Below, one piece after another: positions 50,101 to 59,308 of a stretch of DNA of 64,000 nucleotides. Both the position numbers and the translations under genes were made by a program. Origin of the DNA: an uncultured Actinomycetes bacterium (GTDB lineage Bacteria; Actinomycetota; Thermoleophilia; UBA2241); the NCBI GenBank assembly GCA_963709345.1, contig CAVPVX010000001.1:320001-384000 (forward strand), written 5' to 3'. The notes below the pieces were generated by a model. It was not told the origin of the DNA. It did not search any database and saw only the letters and a list, made by a program, of their open reading frames with translations. Within the stretch, counting starts at the first letter, position 1, and each line of letters starts with the position of its first letter.

Positions 50101-50688
50101 GTGTCCGCCGCAGACGATCGCCCCATTCTACGTAACCGCGGGACCGTCATGGGCGCTCCCGACGGCGGCCTGCGCTACATGCGCCGGCGGCGCGTCGGCA
50201 CCACCGACCGCAGCGGCGATCCGCTCGACGGTGTCGTCAATCTCTTCACTCTGGCCGTCGTGCTCGCCGTCGGCTTCCTTGTCGCGGTGCTGACGGCGGC
50301 AGGCCTGAGCGGGCTCCTCACCAGCGAGAACATGACGATCGTCACCAACCCGGGCACTCCCGAGATGCAGGTGATCGTCAAGGAGGGCGACACGATCTCC
50401 AAGCTCGATATGGAGCCTGGTGGTGAGGTCGAGGGTATGGGCACGCTGCTTGGGTCGTTCTACGAGCTCTCCGACGGCACGGTCGTCTACGTACCGGCGG
50501 GCGACGCGGCGCCGCCGGACGCGACGCCGTTCCAGGATGCCACGCCCGCGCCGGAAGCGACCGGCTACCCGACGCCGGAGCCCTACCCGACGACGACGGA
50601 CCTGCCTACGGCGTACCCGTCGGTGACGCCGACCCCGGGCGTCACGCTCACGCCGGACACGGGCGGCGAGCCGCGCGGCACGCTCTGA
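50101..50688 (+). CDS. DUF2149-family protein (ExbD/MotB-like partner)
   Basis: DPL.GVVNLF..AVVLAVG, NPG.P.M.VI.K.G..I, G.G..LG..Y.L.DG..VYVP. Confidence 0.85.
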   Translation: MSAADDRPILRNRGTVMGAPDGGLRYMRRRRVGTTDRSGDPLDGVVNLFTLAVVLAVGFLVAVLTAAGLSGLLTSENMTIVTNPGTPEMQVIVKEGDTISKLDMEPGGEVEGMGTLLGSFYELSDGTVVYVPAGDAAPPDATPFQDATPAPEATGYPTPEPYPTTTDLPTAYPSVTPTPGVTLTPDTGGEPRGTL

Positions 50689-50751
50689 CGGCAGGCGCGC
50701 CGAGACCGACGGTCCCTCAGGGCGACATGGCGCTGAGGCTCCAGAGCGCGG

Positions 50752-51741
50752 TCAGGCGCCGAGTGAGCGCAGCAGGTGCACCAGACGATCGAGCTCGGCA
50801 CGATCCTTGAAGGCTATCTGGATGGCGCCGCCGCGCTTGCCGCTGCGGATACGCACGGGCGCCTCGAAGACGCCGTAGAGCTCGTCGACGAGTCCCGAGT
50901 AGTCGGGGCCGGCTCCAGGCCGCGCCGCAGGCGCGTCGCCCTCCGGCCCCTGCTCCGCCAGCTTCCTGACCAGCGCCTCGACCTGGCGCACGCTCAGCCC
51001 CTGTGTCAGGGCAAGGCGGGCCACCCGGCGGCGCTCCCCGTGGTCCGGCAGGGCCAGTAGCGCCCTCCCGTGCCCTTCGCTCAGCTCGCCGCTCTCGATC
51101 AGCACCTGCACCTCGTCGGGAAGGTCGAGCAGGCGCAACAGATTGGTCACCGACACGCGGCTGCGCCCCACCAGCTCGGCGATGCGGCCGTGCGTGAGCC
51201 CGAACTCGTCGGCGAGCGCCGCATAGGCCTGCGCCTCCTCGATCGCGTTCAGGTCCTCGCGGGCGACGTTCTCCGCGAGAGCGATCTCGAGCGAGGCGAT
51301 CTCATCCGCAGGGCGCACCAGCGCGGGGATCCGCTCCAGCCCCGCGAGCCTCGCGGCGCGCAGCCGCCGCTCGCCGGCGATGAGCTCGAATCGCGGCTCG
51401 TCCCCCGAACCACCCCCGCCGGGCGCGGCCTGCTCCGGCAGCGGCCGCACGACGACAGGCTGCACGACGCCGAGAGCCTTGATGGACGCAGCCAGTTCCT
51501 GGAGCTCCTCACTGCGGAACGCGCGGCGCGGCTGCCGCCTGTTGACGGTGATGTCGCTGGGTGCGAGCTCGCGGAGGCGGCCCTCCGGCGCTCCCCCGCC
51601 ACCACCGGTGCGGCCGAGAGCCGCCCGGCTCTCGCCGATCAACGCCCCGAGACCCTTACCGAGGGCCTTCTTGCCGCCGCCGCCCGCCGCGTGGCTCTGC
51701 GGCCTCGCGGGCGGCACCGCCGGATCGTGTGCGTCAGTCAC
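50752..51741 (-). CDS. parB: Chromosome partitioning protein ParB
   Basis: ALGKGLGALI, QPRR.F, IAGERRLRA, EN..REDL..IEEA, GHGRALL. Confidence 0.93.
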   Translation of the reverse strand: MTDAHDPAVPPARPQSHAAGGGGKKALGKGLGALIGESRAALGRTGGGGGAPEGRLRELAPSDITVNRRQPRRAFRSEELQELAASIKALGVVQPVVVRPLPEQAAPGGGGSGDEPRFELIAGERRLRAARLAGLERIPALVRPADEIASLEIALAENVAREDLNAIEEAQAYAALADEFGLTHGRIAELVGRSRVSVTNLLRLLDLPDEVQVLIESGELSEGHGRALLALPDHGERRRVARLALTQGLSVRQVEALVRKLAEQGPEGDAPAARPGAGPDYSGLVDELYGVFEAPVRIRSGKRGGAIQIAFKDRAELDRLVHLLRSLGA

Positions 51742-52495
51742 GGGAGACGACCTCCTTGGCGAGATCGAAGTAGGCGTCGCTGCCGACGCAGGTCGCATCA
51801 TAGCGCGAGATCGGCAGTCCGTGACTCGGCGCCTCGCTGAGGCGCACGTTGCGCGGCACGACCGTGGTGAAGACGTGCTCCCCGAGATGCTCCCGCACCT
51901 CACCGGCGACCTCGCGCCCCAGCCGGGTGCGGCCGTCGTACATGGTGACGACGACGCCGAGCACCGCGAGCTGCGAGTTCAGGTGCTCCTGAACCAGTTC
52001 GACCGTGTCCAGGAGCTGCGCGAGGCCCTCCAGCGCGTAGTACTCGGCCTGCACTGGGATGAGCACCTCGCGCGCGGCGACCAGCGCGTTGATGGTAAGC
52101 ACGCCGAGGGACGGCGGGCAGTCGATGAAGACGAAGTCGTGGTGGTCGACGTGCCCCGCCAAGGCGTAGTCGAGGACGTACTCGTTGCCGTCGGCATTGG
52201 CAAGCTCGACGACGGCGCCGGCGAGATCGGGGCAGGCGGGCACCAGCATGAGGTGGTCGATCGACGTGGCGACCGTCGCCTCGGCGACGCCGGCTGCGCC
52301 GCCGAGAACGCCGTAGCTGCTGAGTCTTGAGTCGGCCGTGCGCACGCCCAAGCCCGCCGAGGCGTTCGCCTGGGGATCCAGATCCAGGAGAAGGACATCG
52401 AACTCAGCCTCTGCGAGACACGCGGCGAGGTTCACGGCGGTGGTGGTCTTGCCGACCCCGCCCTTCTGGTTGGTCACGGCGATGACGCGGGTCAC
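51734..52495 (-). CDS. parA: Chromosome partitioning ATPase ParA/Soj
   Basis: NQKGGVGKTTT, DLDPQ.NA, DCPPSLG, EYYALEG, PRNVRLSEAPS. Confidence 0.95.
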   Translation of the reverse strand: MTRVIAVTNQKGGVGKTTTAVNLAACLAEAEFDVLLLDLDPQANASAGLGVRTADSRLSSYGVLGGAAGVAEATVATSIDHLMLVPACPDLAGAVVELANADGNEYVLDYALAGHVDHHDFVFIDCPPSLGVLTINALVAAREVLIPVQAEYYALEGLAQLLDTVELVQEHLNSQLAVLGVVVTMYDGRTRLGREVAGEVREHLGEHVFTTVVPRNVRLSEAPSHGLPISRYDATCVGSDAYFDLAKEVVSRD

Positions 52496-52558
52496 CGGGC
52501 TCCTTTCGCGGGGAATCGATACTAGCAGATGACGCCATGCCTGCCGGCGGGCGACCGG

Positions 52559-53298
52559 TCAGGCGCCCAGGGGGCGTTTGGCCGCGATGCCGGCGCGGCG
52601 CGGGAGACGCTCCGACGTCGGTCCGGTCTTGCGATACACCACGGCGACTGCGCCGCGAAGCGGCGAGTGCGGCAGCGTCACGGAGGACTCCGGTGCGAGG
52701 CCACAGAGTCGCGCCGCCTCAGCGCCGGCAGCGCCCTCCTCGGCGACGGCCCGCAGCGTCTTGCTGGCGATGAGCACGCCCCCGGCGGCAAGCAGAGGCG
52801 CGGCAAGCTCGACGAGGACGGGCAGCGACGCGACCGCTCGGGCGAGCACCACCGCGTACGCCTCGCGGTCAGGCCGGCCCACGGCCGCGAAGTCCTCGCT
52901 GCGAGAGCAGATGACACGGGCGCGGGACGCCAGGCGGTGACGCCGATGGCCTCCTCGAGAAAGACGCACTTTCCGGACACGGAGTCGAGCAGCGTCAGCG
53001 AAGTCGCGGGCAGCGCCACCGCAAGAGGGATGCCCGGGATACCGGCCCCGGCGCCAAGATCAAGCCAGCGCGCGCTCTCGCGGTCGCGCAGCTCGGCGAC
53101 GTCGAGCAGCGCCAGAGAGTCGCCGAGCAGCGTATCGACGACCTCGGCCCGGTCCCTGATCCCGCTGACGTTGCCGCGGCGCCACCCGAGGAGAAGGTCG
53201 ACGTAGCGGTCGAGCGCGGCGTGCTGGGCCTCATCGAGGCCGTGACGGGCGACGAGCACACCGAGTCCGCCGTCGCTCCTTGTCGGGTGCCCGTCCAT
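52559..53298 (-). CDS. rsmG: 16S rRNA m7G527 methyltransferase, 1-nt frameshift at ~52934
   Basis: DSL, DLGAGAGIPGIPL in one frame; RSED, ARAVA, PRRAG...KRPL in the next; sits upstream of parA. Confidence 0.85.
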
Positions 53299-53333
53299 GG
53301 CCGGAGCCTACCACGCTGCGGGAACGCCCGATC

Positions 53334-54416
53334 TCAGCCGGCTCCCGCCACCTCGCGCAGCGCAGTCAGGAGAGCGTCGACGTCGTCCGGGGTGGTCTGC
53401 CACGAGCACATCCAGCGAACGACGCCCGCTCCCTCGTCCCACACGTAGAAGTGGTAACGCTCGTGCAGGCGCTTGATGACGATGGCCGGCAGGGCCGCGA
53501 ACACCGCGTTCGCCTGTACGGGATAGGCGAGGCTCACGCCCGGCACCGCAACGGCGCCGTCGGCGAGCCTCCGCGCCATCGCATTGGCGTGACCGGCCGT
53601 CTCGCGCCACAGGTCGCCCCCGAAGAGGCACAGGAGCTGGGCCGAGACGTAGCGCATCTTCGAGGCCAACTGGGTTCCCTGTTTGCGGGCGTACGCGTAT
53701 CCGGCCGCCAGTTCCGGCCTGAGGAAGACGGCGGCCTCGGCCCCCAGCAGGCCGCTCTTCGTGCCGCCGAGCGTCAGCAGGTCCACGCCGGCGTCGGACG
53801 TGATGCCGCGCAGTTCCACGCCCAGCCCGACGGCCGCATTGACGAGGCGCGCGCCGTCCACCTGGAGCAGGAGACCAGCGGCGTGAGCCACCTCCGCAAG
53901 CGCCGCGATCTCCTCGGGCGTGTACACGGTCCCCAGCTCTGTCGACTGAGAGATAGAGACCACCCGGGGTTGGACGTGGTGCTGGTCGCCGAAGCCGACG
54001 AGGCGGCTGCGCACGGCCTCAGCCGTGAGCTTGCCGTCGGGCGTCGGAACGGTGATGAGCTTGGCGCCCGCGATCCGCTCGGGCGAGCCGCACTCATCGA
54101 CGTTGATGTGCGCCGTCTCCGCGCATATCACTGCGTCCCAGGGCCGCAGGACTGCGGCAAGGGCGGTGACGTTACCGCCGGTGCCGTTGAAGACGGGGAA
54201 CGCCTCGACGTCGCCCAGCAACTCTCTCAGTCGCTCCCGCACTGCCGTCGTCCAGGGATCGTCGCCGTATGCCGGCGCCCAGCCGGAGTTCGCCTCGGCG
54301 ACCGCATCCAGCACGGCGGGGTGCGCGGCGGCGTGGTTGTCGCTCGCGAAGAGCGTGAGCGGAGCGCCTGCGGCGCCGCTCACGCCGCCGCCCTCCGCCC
54401 CCCGCCGGCGGCTCAC
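53334..54416 (-). CDS. Low-specificity L-threonine aldolase family protein
   Basis: FASDN, AYGDD, NGTGGN, HI..DECG, TELGT.Y, DGAR, GGTK, SKMRY. Confidence 0.9.
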   Translation of the reverse strand: MSRRRGAEGGGVSGAAGAPLTLFASDNHAAAHPAVLDAVAEANSGWAPAYGDDPWTTAVRERLRELLGDVEAFPVFNGTGGNVTALAAVLRPWDAVICAETAHINVDECGSPERIAGAKLITVPTPDGKLTAEAVRSRLVGFGDQHHVQPRVVSISQSTELGTVYTPEEIAALAEVAHAAGLLLQVDGARLVNAAVGLGVELRGITSDAGVDLLTLGGTKSGLLGAEAAVFLRPELAAGYAYARKQGTQLASKMRYVSAQLLCLFGGDLWRETAGHANAMARRLADGAVAVPGVSLAYPVQANAVFAALPAIVIKRLHERYHFYVWDEGAGVVRWMCSWQTTPDDVDALLTALREVAGAG

Positions 54417-56485
54417 GCCGCCACCTTCTTCTTCAGCGACTCGTAGAACATGCTCAGCGGGAACTCGTCGTCGAGGACCCGGTCGATCCACGCCCGCGGG
54501 TCCGCCTCGTCGCTGTACACGCGCGCCGCCTCCCGCCACTGTGACGAGACATTGGGCGTCACATACCTCGATACGAGGTCGTGGGCGGCGATCCAGTATG
54601 TGACCCTGCTCGTCTCGATGCCATGCCGGTACAGTGCCTCCACAAGCTCGCGGAGCTCGCCGACCGCGTCCTTCACACGCGTCCAGTCGATGAGGAGGCG
54701 GTTGTCGGTCCAGCGCACGACGCCTCGGTCGTGCAGGTAGCCGAAGAGGAGCTGGCCGCCGAGGCCGTCGTAGTTGCGCACCCGGTTCCCGGTGATGGGA
54801 AACCGGAGGATGCGGTCGAAGAGGATGGCGTACTGGATGTAGCGAGCGAAGGGGAAGCCTCCGCGTGCCAGCTCACCGGCGGTGCCGTAGGTGGCAAGGT
54901 CCACGCGGAGCTCCTCAAGCGAGTACATCCAGTACGGGAGGCGCTGGCGGATCATGAACGGATCGAACGGCAGGTCGCCGTGACTGTGCCAGCGATCGTG
55001 GATCATGTCCCAGAGGATGTAGGTCTCGAGGGCCAGGTCGGCCGACGCGACGAGCGCCGCGGCGTCAGGGGGCAGATCGATGCGCAGCGCCTCCGCGGCG
55101 GCGGCGGTCGCGCGGCGGAACCGCGCCGACTCGCGGTCGCAGAAGATGGCGCCGAAGTGGTTGGTCGGGCGCTCGGCGACGCTTACCGTCTCGGGGAACA
55201 GCACCGCGCACTCGCTATCGTAGCCCGCGGTGTTGTCGACCAGTTGCACCGGCACGAACTTGGCGTTGTCGTACAGCTCGCGCTCGATCTCGGCGACGAA
55301 CTCCGGCCACGGCGTGCGCGTGATCAGAGCCTCGAAGCGCGTGTCCGGCGAGCCGTTCGGCGTGTACATCGGGAAGACGACCAGGTGTTCGGTGCCATCA
55401 TCACGACTGCTCTCCGGGCGGAAGCGGTCCAGAGATATCTGGAAGTCGGGCTTGGAGAAGCCCCCATCCGTCCACGCCAGCAGGTCGGCGCCGACCTGCT
55501 CGAGGTAGTCAGCCTGGTGCGAGAAGCGCGGCGCGAGATCGGCGATGGCATCGATCATGGCCGCCACGTGCGCCCGTACCTCGCTCTCGTCGTGCTTCCC
55601 AAGGTGCACATGGCCCGTGGGCTCCTGCAGCAGCCGCAGCGCGCCCGTCGCCGTCTTGAGACGGAGCCACGCGGGATCTCGCGCCGCCTCCGACTCGACC
55701 GGCGTGGAGTCGGCTCGAAACGCCGCCAGCGCGGCCCAGTACACGGCGTTGAGCCAAAGCCTGCGATGGTCGCCGTCGTTCAGGTGGTCGTCGCCGAACA
55801 GATCGGAGTCCGCCGACACGACGACGCGTCCGTCGCCGTAGTCGAAGGCGACGAGCAGGCCGGCGCCGACCGGATCGGCGGACGCGCCGGCCCGGAGCGC
55901 CGTCGTGCCCGAGACGCCGGCGGACACGACGCCCGCGCCGAGGAACCGCACGTCGCTCACGAGGTGCAGCAGGCCGGGAGAAGCGGCCGACGGCCCAGCC
56001 TCGGCGTGCACCCACTCGGGCGGCTCACCATGCGCTCCATAGTCGCGCACGGTCGCGCTCTCGACCCGCGCGCCGAACCGGTCGAGCAGCTCGTTCAGGC
56101 CCTCGCCGTACCTCCCCTGCTCCTCGTCGGCGAGCACGATCAGACCGCCCCCGCCGGCCACGAACGCTTCGATGGCCTCGAGTTCGCCGCTGGAGAACGA
56201 CGGCGGGTCGTCGGACGCCGAGGGGGTCAAGCGGCGATTGCTCGGGTGCGCGATCACGAGCACGGCGGCGGCGGCGAGAGTCTGGCCATCCAGAAGCCCG
56301 TCCGTGTGCGCCGCCACCTCGAAGTCACGAAGCGCCAGAACAGCGGCGGCCCCCGCGTACGACGCTGCAGCCGGGTGCGCCGGCCGCATCCTTCTCGCCG
56401 CATCGCCTCTGATAGACCAGGCCTCGCCGTGACGCTCGTCGAAGAGCACACGGGCGACCTTGCGCCGGTGCACTGTCTCAAGCAT
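54413..56485 (-). CDS. DUF6421-family protein with an N-terminal GATase-like domain
   Basis: VLFDE.H.EAWS...GGGL...DSDLFGDD; then VVFPMYT.NG, VLFPETV, FCDRE, WD.IHDR.HS.GDLPFDPFMI, RNYDGLGGQ. Confidence 0.8.
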   Translation of the reverse strand: MLETVHRRKVARVLFDERHGEAWSIRGDAARRMRPAHPAAASYAGAAAVLALRDFEVAAHTDGLLDGQTLAAAAVLVIAHPSNRRLTPSASDDPPSFSSGELEAIEAFVAGGGGLIVLADEEQGRYGEGLNELLDRFGARVESATVRDYGAHGEPPEWVHAEAGPSAASPGLLHLVSDVRFLGAGVVSAGVSGTTALRAGASADPVGAGLLVAFDYGDGRVVVSADSDLFGDDHLNDGDHRRLWLNAVYWAALAAFRADSTPVESEAARDPAWLRLKTATGALRLLQEPTGHVHLGKHDESEVRAHVAAMIDAIADLAPRFSHQADYLEQVGADLLAWTDGGFSKPDFQISLDRFRPESSRDDGTEHLVVFPMYTPNGSPDTRFEALITRTPWPEFVAEIERELYDNAKFVPVQLVDNTAGYDSECAVLFPETVSVAERPTNHFGAIFCDRESARFRRATAAAAEALRIDLPPDAAALVASADLALETYILWDMIHDRWHSHGDLPFDPFMIRQRLPYWMYSLEELRVDLATYGTAGELARGGFPFARYIQYAILFDRILRFPITGNRVRNYDGLGGQLLFGYLHDRGVVRWTDNRLLIDWTRVKDAVGELRELVEALYRHGIETSRVTYWIAAHDLVSRYVTPNVSSQWREAARVYSDEADPRAWIDRVLDDEFPLSMFYESLKKKVAA

Positions 56486-56676
56486 GTCGTCCTCCTGACG
56501 CCCTTGACTCACGGCGCGTCTCGCGCACGGCGAGACGTCTTGAGCCCTTCGACCCGTATGTTCCAGCTCCGGTGCCCGCGCCAAACCAGCTACGGCGGCG
56601 GTGCGCGCGAATCAGGTCAGAAGTCGAACGATGTCGGCGAAGGGACGGGCCGCCCGGCGCGACCGGCGGAGGACGG

Positions 56677-57099
56677 TCAGGCGTCGCGATTCTTGGTGAG
56701 CACGAGCACGGTGCCTCCGTCGTCCGGGCGGGAGAGGTCGAAGTCGTCGACGACGGCGCGGATGATCGAGATACCCATGCCGCCTTCGCTGAGGCGGATC
56801 TCGGGAATCGCCCCGCACTCGGGGCAGTCGGCCTCGTTCTCCTGGAACCCGTCGCCCTCGTCGCGGATGAGCACGGTGACGCGGTCGGAATGGATGGTGA
56901 ACTCGAGGTGCACGAGGCCGTCGTCGTGATCGTAGGCGTGCCGCACGGAGTTCGAGCACGCCTCCGTCAGCGCCAGCTTGAGGTCCGCTACCGCGTCCTC
57001 GGAGTAGCCTCGGGAGCGCAGCAGACCCGAGAGGGCGAGCCTCCCGAGCGCGACGTACTCGGGCTTAGCCGGAATGTCGAGTTTCACGTAGTCGTTCAC
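56677..57099 (-). CDS. RsbW-type anti-sigma factor / Ser kinase
   Basis: IPAKPEYV, DLKLALTEACSNSVRHAY, D.G.GF, EGGMG..II....D. Confidence 0.88.
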   Translation of the reverse strand: MNDYVKLDIPAKPEYVALGRLALSGLLRSRGYSEDAVADLKLALTEACSNSVRHAYDHDDGLVHLEFTIHSDRVTVLIRDEGDGFQENEADCPECGAIPEIRLSEGGMGISIIRAVVDDFDLSRPDDGGTVLVLTKNRDA

Positions 57100-57165
57100 G
57101 ACGAGGAATCCTATCCGCTCCTGGGCTGCCGGGCCAGTCACGCTCGATCGCGCTTGCACGGACAG

Positions 57166-58215
57166 TCACTTCTTCACGGTCGTCCGGACATTCACGTTGG
57201 TTCCACACATCGCGCACAATGTTCCCCGAAGCGCCACATCTTCAACCGCGTAGCCGGTGCGCCTCACCAGAAGGCGTTTGCAGTTCGGGCACACCGTGTT
57301 CTCGCCCTCGTGGCCGGGCACGTTGCCGATGTACACGAACTTCAGACCGGCATCGTAGCCGATGCGCACCGCGCGCTCGAGAACGGGGATCGGTGTGGGC
57401 GGTAGGTGCGAGTAGTCCAGATATGGCATGAACCGGGTGACGTGCCAGGGGGTCTCGGGACCGAGCTTCGCGACCATCCACTCGGCGATGCCGCGCAGCG
57501 TCGCCTCGTCGTCGTTGAAGTCCGGGATCACGTTCGTGACGATCTCGACGTGGCAGTCGAAGTCCTTCTTTGCCCGCTCGGCGGCCGAGAGGACCGGCGC
57601 CATGCCGCGGACGCGGCACAGCTCCTGGTACTGGTCGTCGCTGAAGCCCTTCACATCGACGCGGTACGCGTCGATGTGCGGCGCCAGTGCATCCAGAGCC
57701 TCTTCAGTGATGTAGCCGTTGGTGACCATCACCGTGTAGAGGCCGTGCTCGTGCGCCAGCTGGGCGCCGTCGAGGACGTACTCGATCCAGATCGTCGGCT
57801 CGTTGTATGTCCAAGCGACGCCCTGGCACTCATTGTTGGCCGCCAGGACCGGCAGGTTGCGCACCGGCAGGTTGCGCAGATCGCGCACCACGTCGGCGGG
57901 GTCGGCGTGAGCGATCTGCCAGTTCTGGCAATCGCGGCAGGCGAAGCTGCAGCCCACGCTGCCCAGCGACAGCACGGTGGACCCGGGAAAGAAGTGGTAC
58001 AGCGGCTTCTTCTCGATGGGATCGGCCATCACGCTGGAGACTCGCCCGTACGTAAGGGCGTACAGCGTGCCGCCACGGTTGGCGCGCGCCCGGCAGGCGC
58101 CGCTCTTGCCGGGCGCGATGCGGCAGAGCCGGGGGCAGACGTGGCACTGCACGAACCCGTCCTCGAGACGCTCGTAGAGCATCGCCTCGTGCGGATCCGG
58201 GGCGGCCGCCTTCAA
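57166..58215 (-). CDS. AmmeMemoRadiSam-system radical SAM enzyme
   Basis: CHVCPRLC, DPIEKKPLYHF.PG, CSFACRDCQN, TYNEP, YIGNVPG, CPNC. Confidence 0.9.
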   Translation of the reverse strand: MKAAAPDPHEAMLYERLEDGFVQCHVCPRLCRIAPGKSGACRARANRGGTLYALTYGRVSSVMADPIEKKPLYHFFPGSTVLSLGSVGCSFACRDCQNWQIAHADPADVVRDLRNLPVRNLPVLAANNECQGVAWTYNEPTIWIEYVLDGAQLAHEHGLYTVMVTNGYITEEALDALAPHIDAYRVDVKGFSDDQYQELCRVRGMAPVLSAAERAKKDFDCHVEIVTNVIPDFNDDEATLRGIAEWMVAKLGPETPWHVTRFMPYLDYSHLPPTPIPVLERAVRIGYDAGLKFVYIGNVPGHEGENTVCPNCKRLLVRRTGYAVEDVALRGTLCAMCGTNVNVRTTVKK

Positions 58216-58508
58216 GTCAGTTCCTGAGGCCGCCGCAGTCCGGCGATGTTGTAGGGAGAGTTGCACGAGACGGCGCCGCGCCCGACCCGGCGGAACTCCG
58301 CCTCGGTCCACGGGTGTGTGGCGATAATCGCGGGACCGATGTCGACGTAGGCGGCGGGCCGAGTGCCGTCAATGGGGTCGACGATGAGGACGAGCTCCGG
58401 GTCGCTCGCGCCCTGCAGGCCACAGTCCTCAAGACAGAAAGCCCACCTGGGCAACTCGTCGCGGTGACGTCTGCAGAGAGCGACGAGCTTGCCGGTCGTG
58501 TCGTTCAT
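58212..58508 (-). pseudogene. Internally deleted inositol-monophosphatase-family remnant
   Basis: ED.G...IVDPIDGT motif joined directly to late AYVD ... PY.IA motifs within 98 aa. Confidence 0.6.
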
Positions 58509-58647
58509 GGATCTCCCGTGTCGGCGCGGCCGGCGAGCGTCGCCGGCGGGGGTGCACATTCTACCCTGCTATACTCGTGATGCCGACCGTTCGCCGCCGC
58601 TCCTGCCGGATGCATACCCGTGACCATGACCCCGCCGCCCCCCAGCT

Positions 58648-59308
58648 GATGACCGCGCCGCCCGCTCCCGCCGGGACCATCGCCTACCGCGGTTCCGGGG
58701 ATTCTCTCTACCTCAACATCACGAACCGCTGCTCGAGCTCCTGCATGTTCTGCCTGCGCGAGTGGACCGACGGTGTGTACGGAGAGCGGCTCGTGCTCGA
58801 CCGCGAACCGGAGGCCGACGAGGTCACGCAGGCGATTGAGCTGGCCTTCCTGGACGCGCCCGCCTCGGAGGTCGTCTTCTGCGGCTTTGGTGAGCCGACG
58901 ATGCGCCTCGACGTCGTTCTCGCCGTAACCGAGTGGCTGCGCCTCCGGCGTATCCGCAGCCGGCTGGACACGAACGGGCACGGCCGGCTGCTCAACCCCG
59001 AACTGGACGTGCCGGCGGCCTTGGCGGCAGCCGGCCTCGACGCCGTCACGGTCAGCCTCAACGCCGCCGATCCTGAAACGTACGACCGGCTCTGCCGCCC
59101 CGTCTTCTCCAAGTCCTACAGGGCCGTGCTGCGTTTCGCCGAAGAGTGTCTGGAGCGTGGAATAGAGACCACACTGACCGCCGTCGACCACCCGGACGCG
59201 GACCTGCCCGGGGTCGCCGACCTGGCGGCCGCCATAGGCGCCCGCTTCAGGGCCCGCGCCTGTGCGGCGCCCATCGCTCGTCAAGCGGCGCGGAAGGGAG
59301 ATAGCTGA
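58648..59308 (+). CDS. TatD-associated radical SAM protein
   Basis: LYLNITNRCSSSCMFC, EVVFCGFGEP, TNGHG, VSLNA, Y..LCRP. Confidence 0.88.

Noticed and set aside
54378-54422. 12-bp direct repeat GCTCACGCCGCC at the aldolase start
   Set aside because: Only creates two alternative GTG starts; no further signal.
57848-57877. 15-nt tandem duplication encoding RNLPVRNLPV
   Set aside because: In frame within an intact radical SAM gene; no evident consequence.
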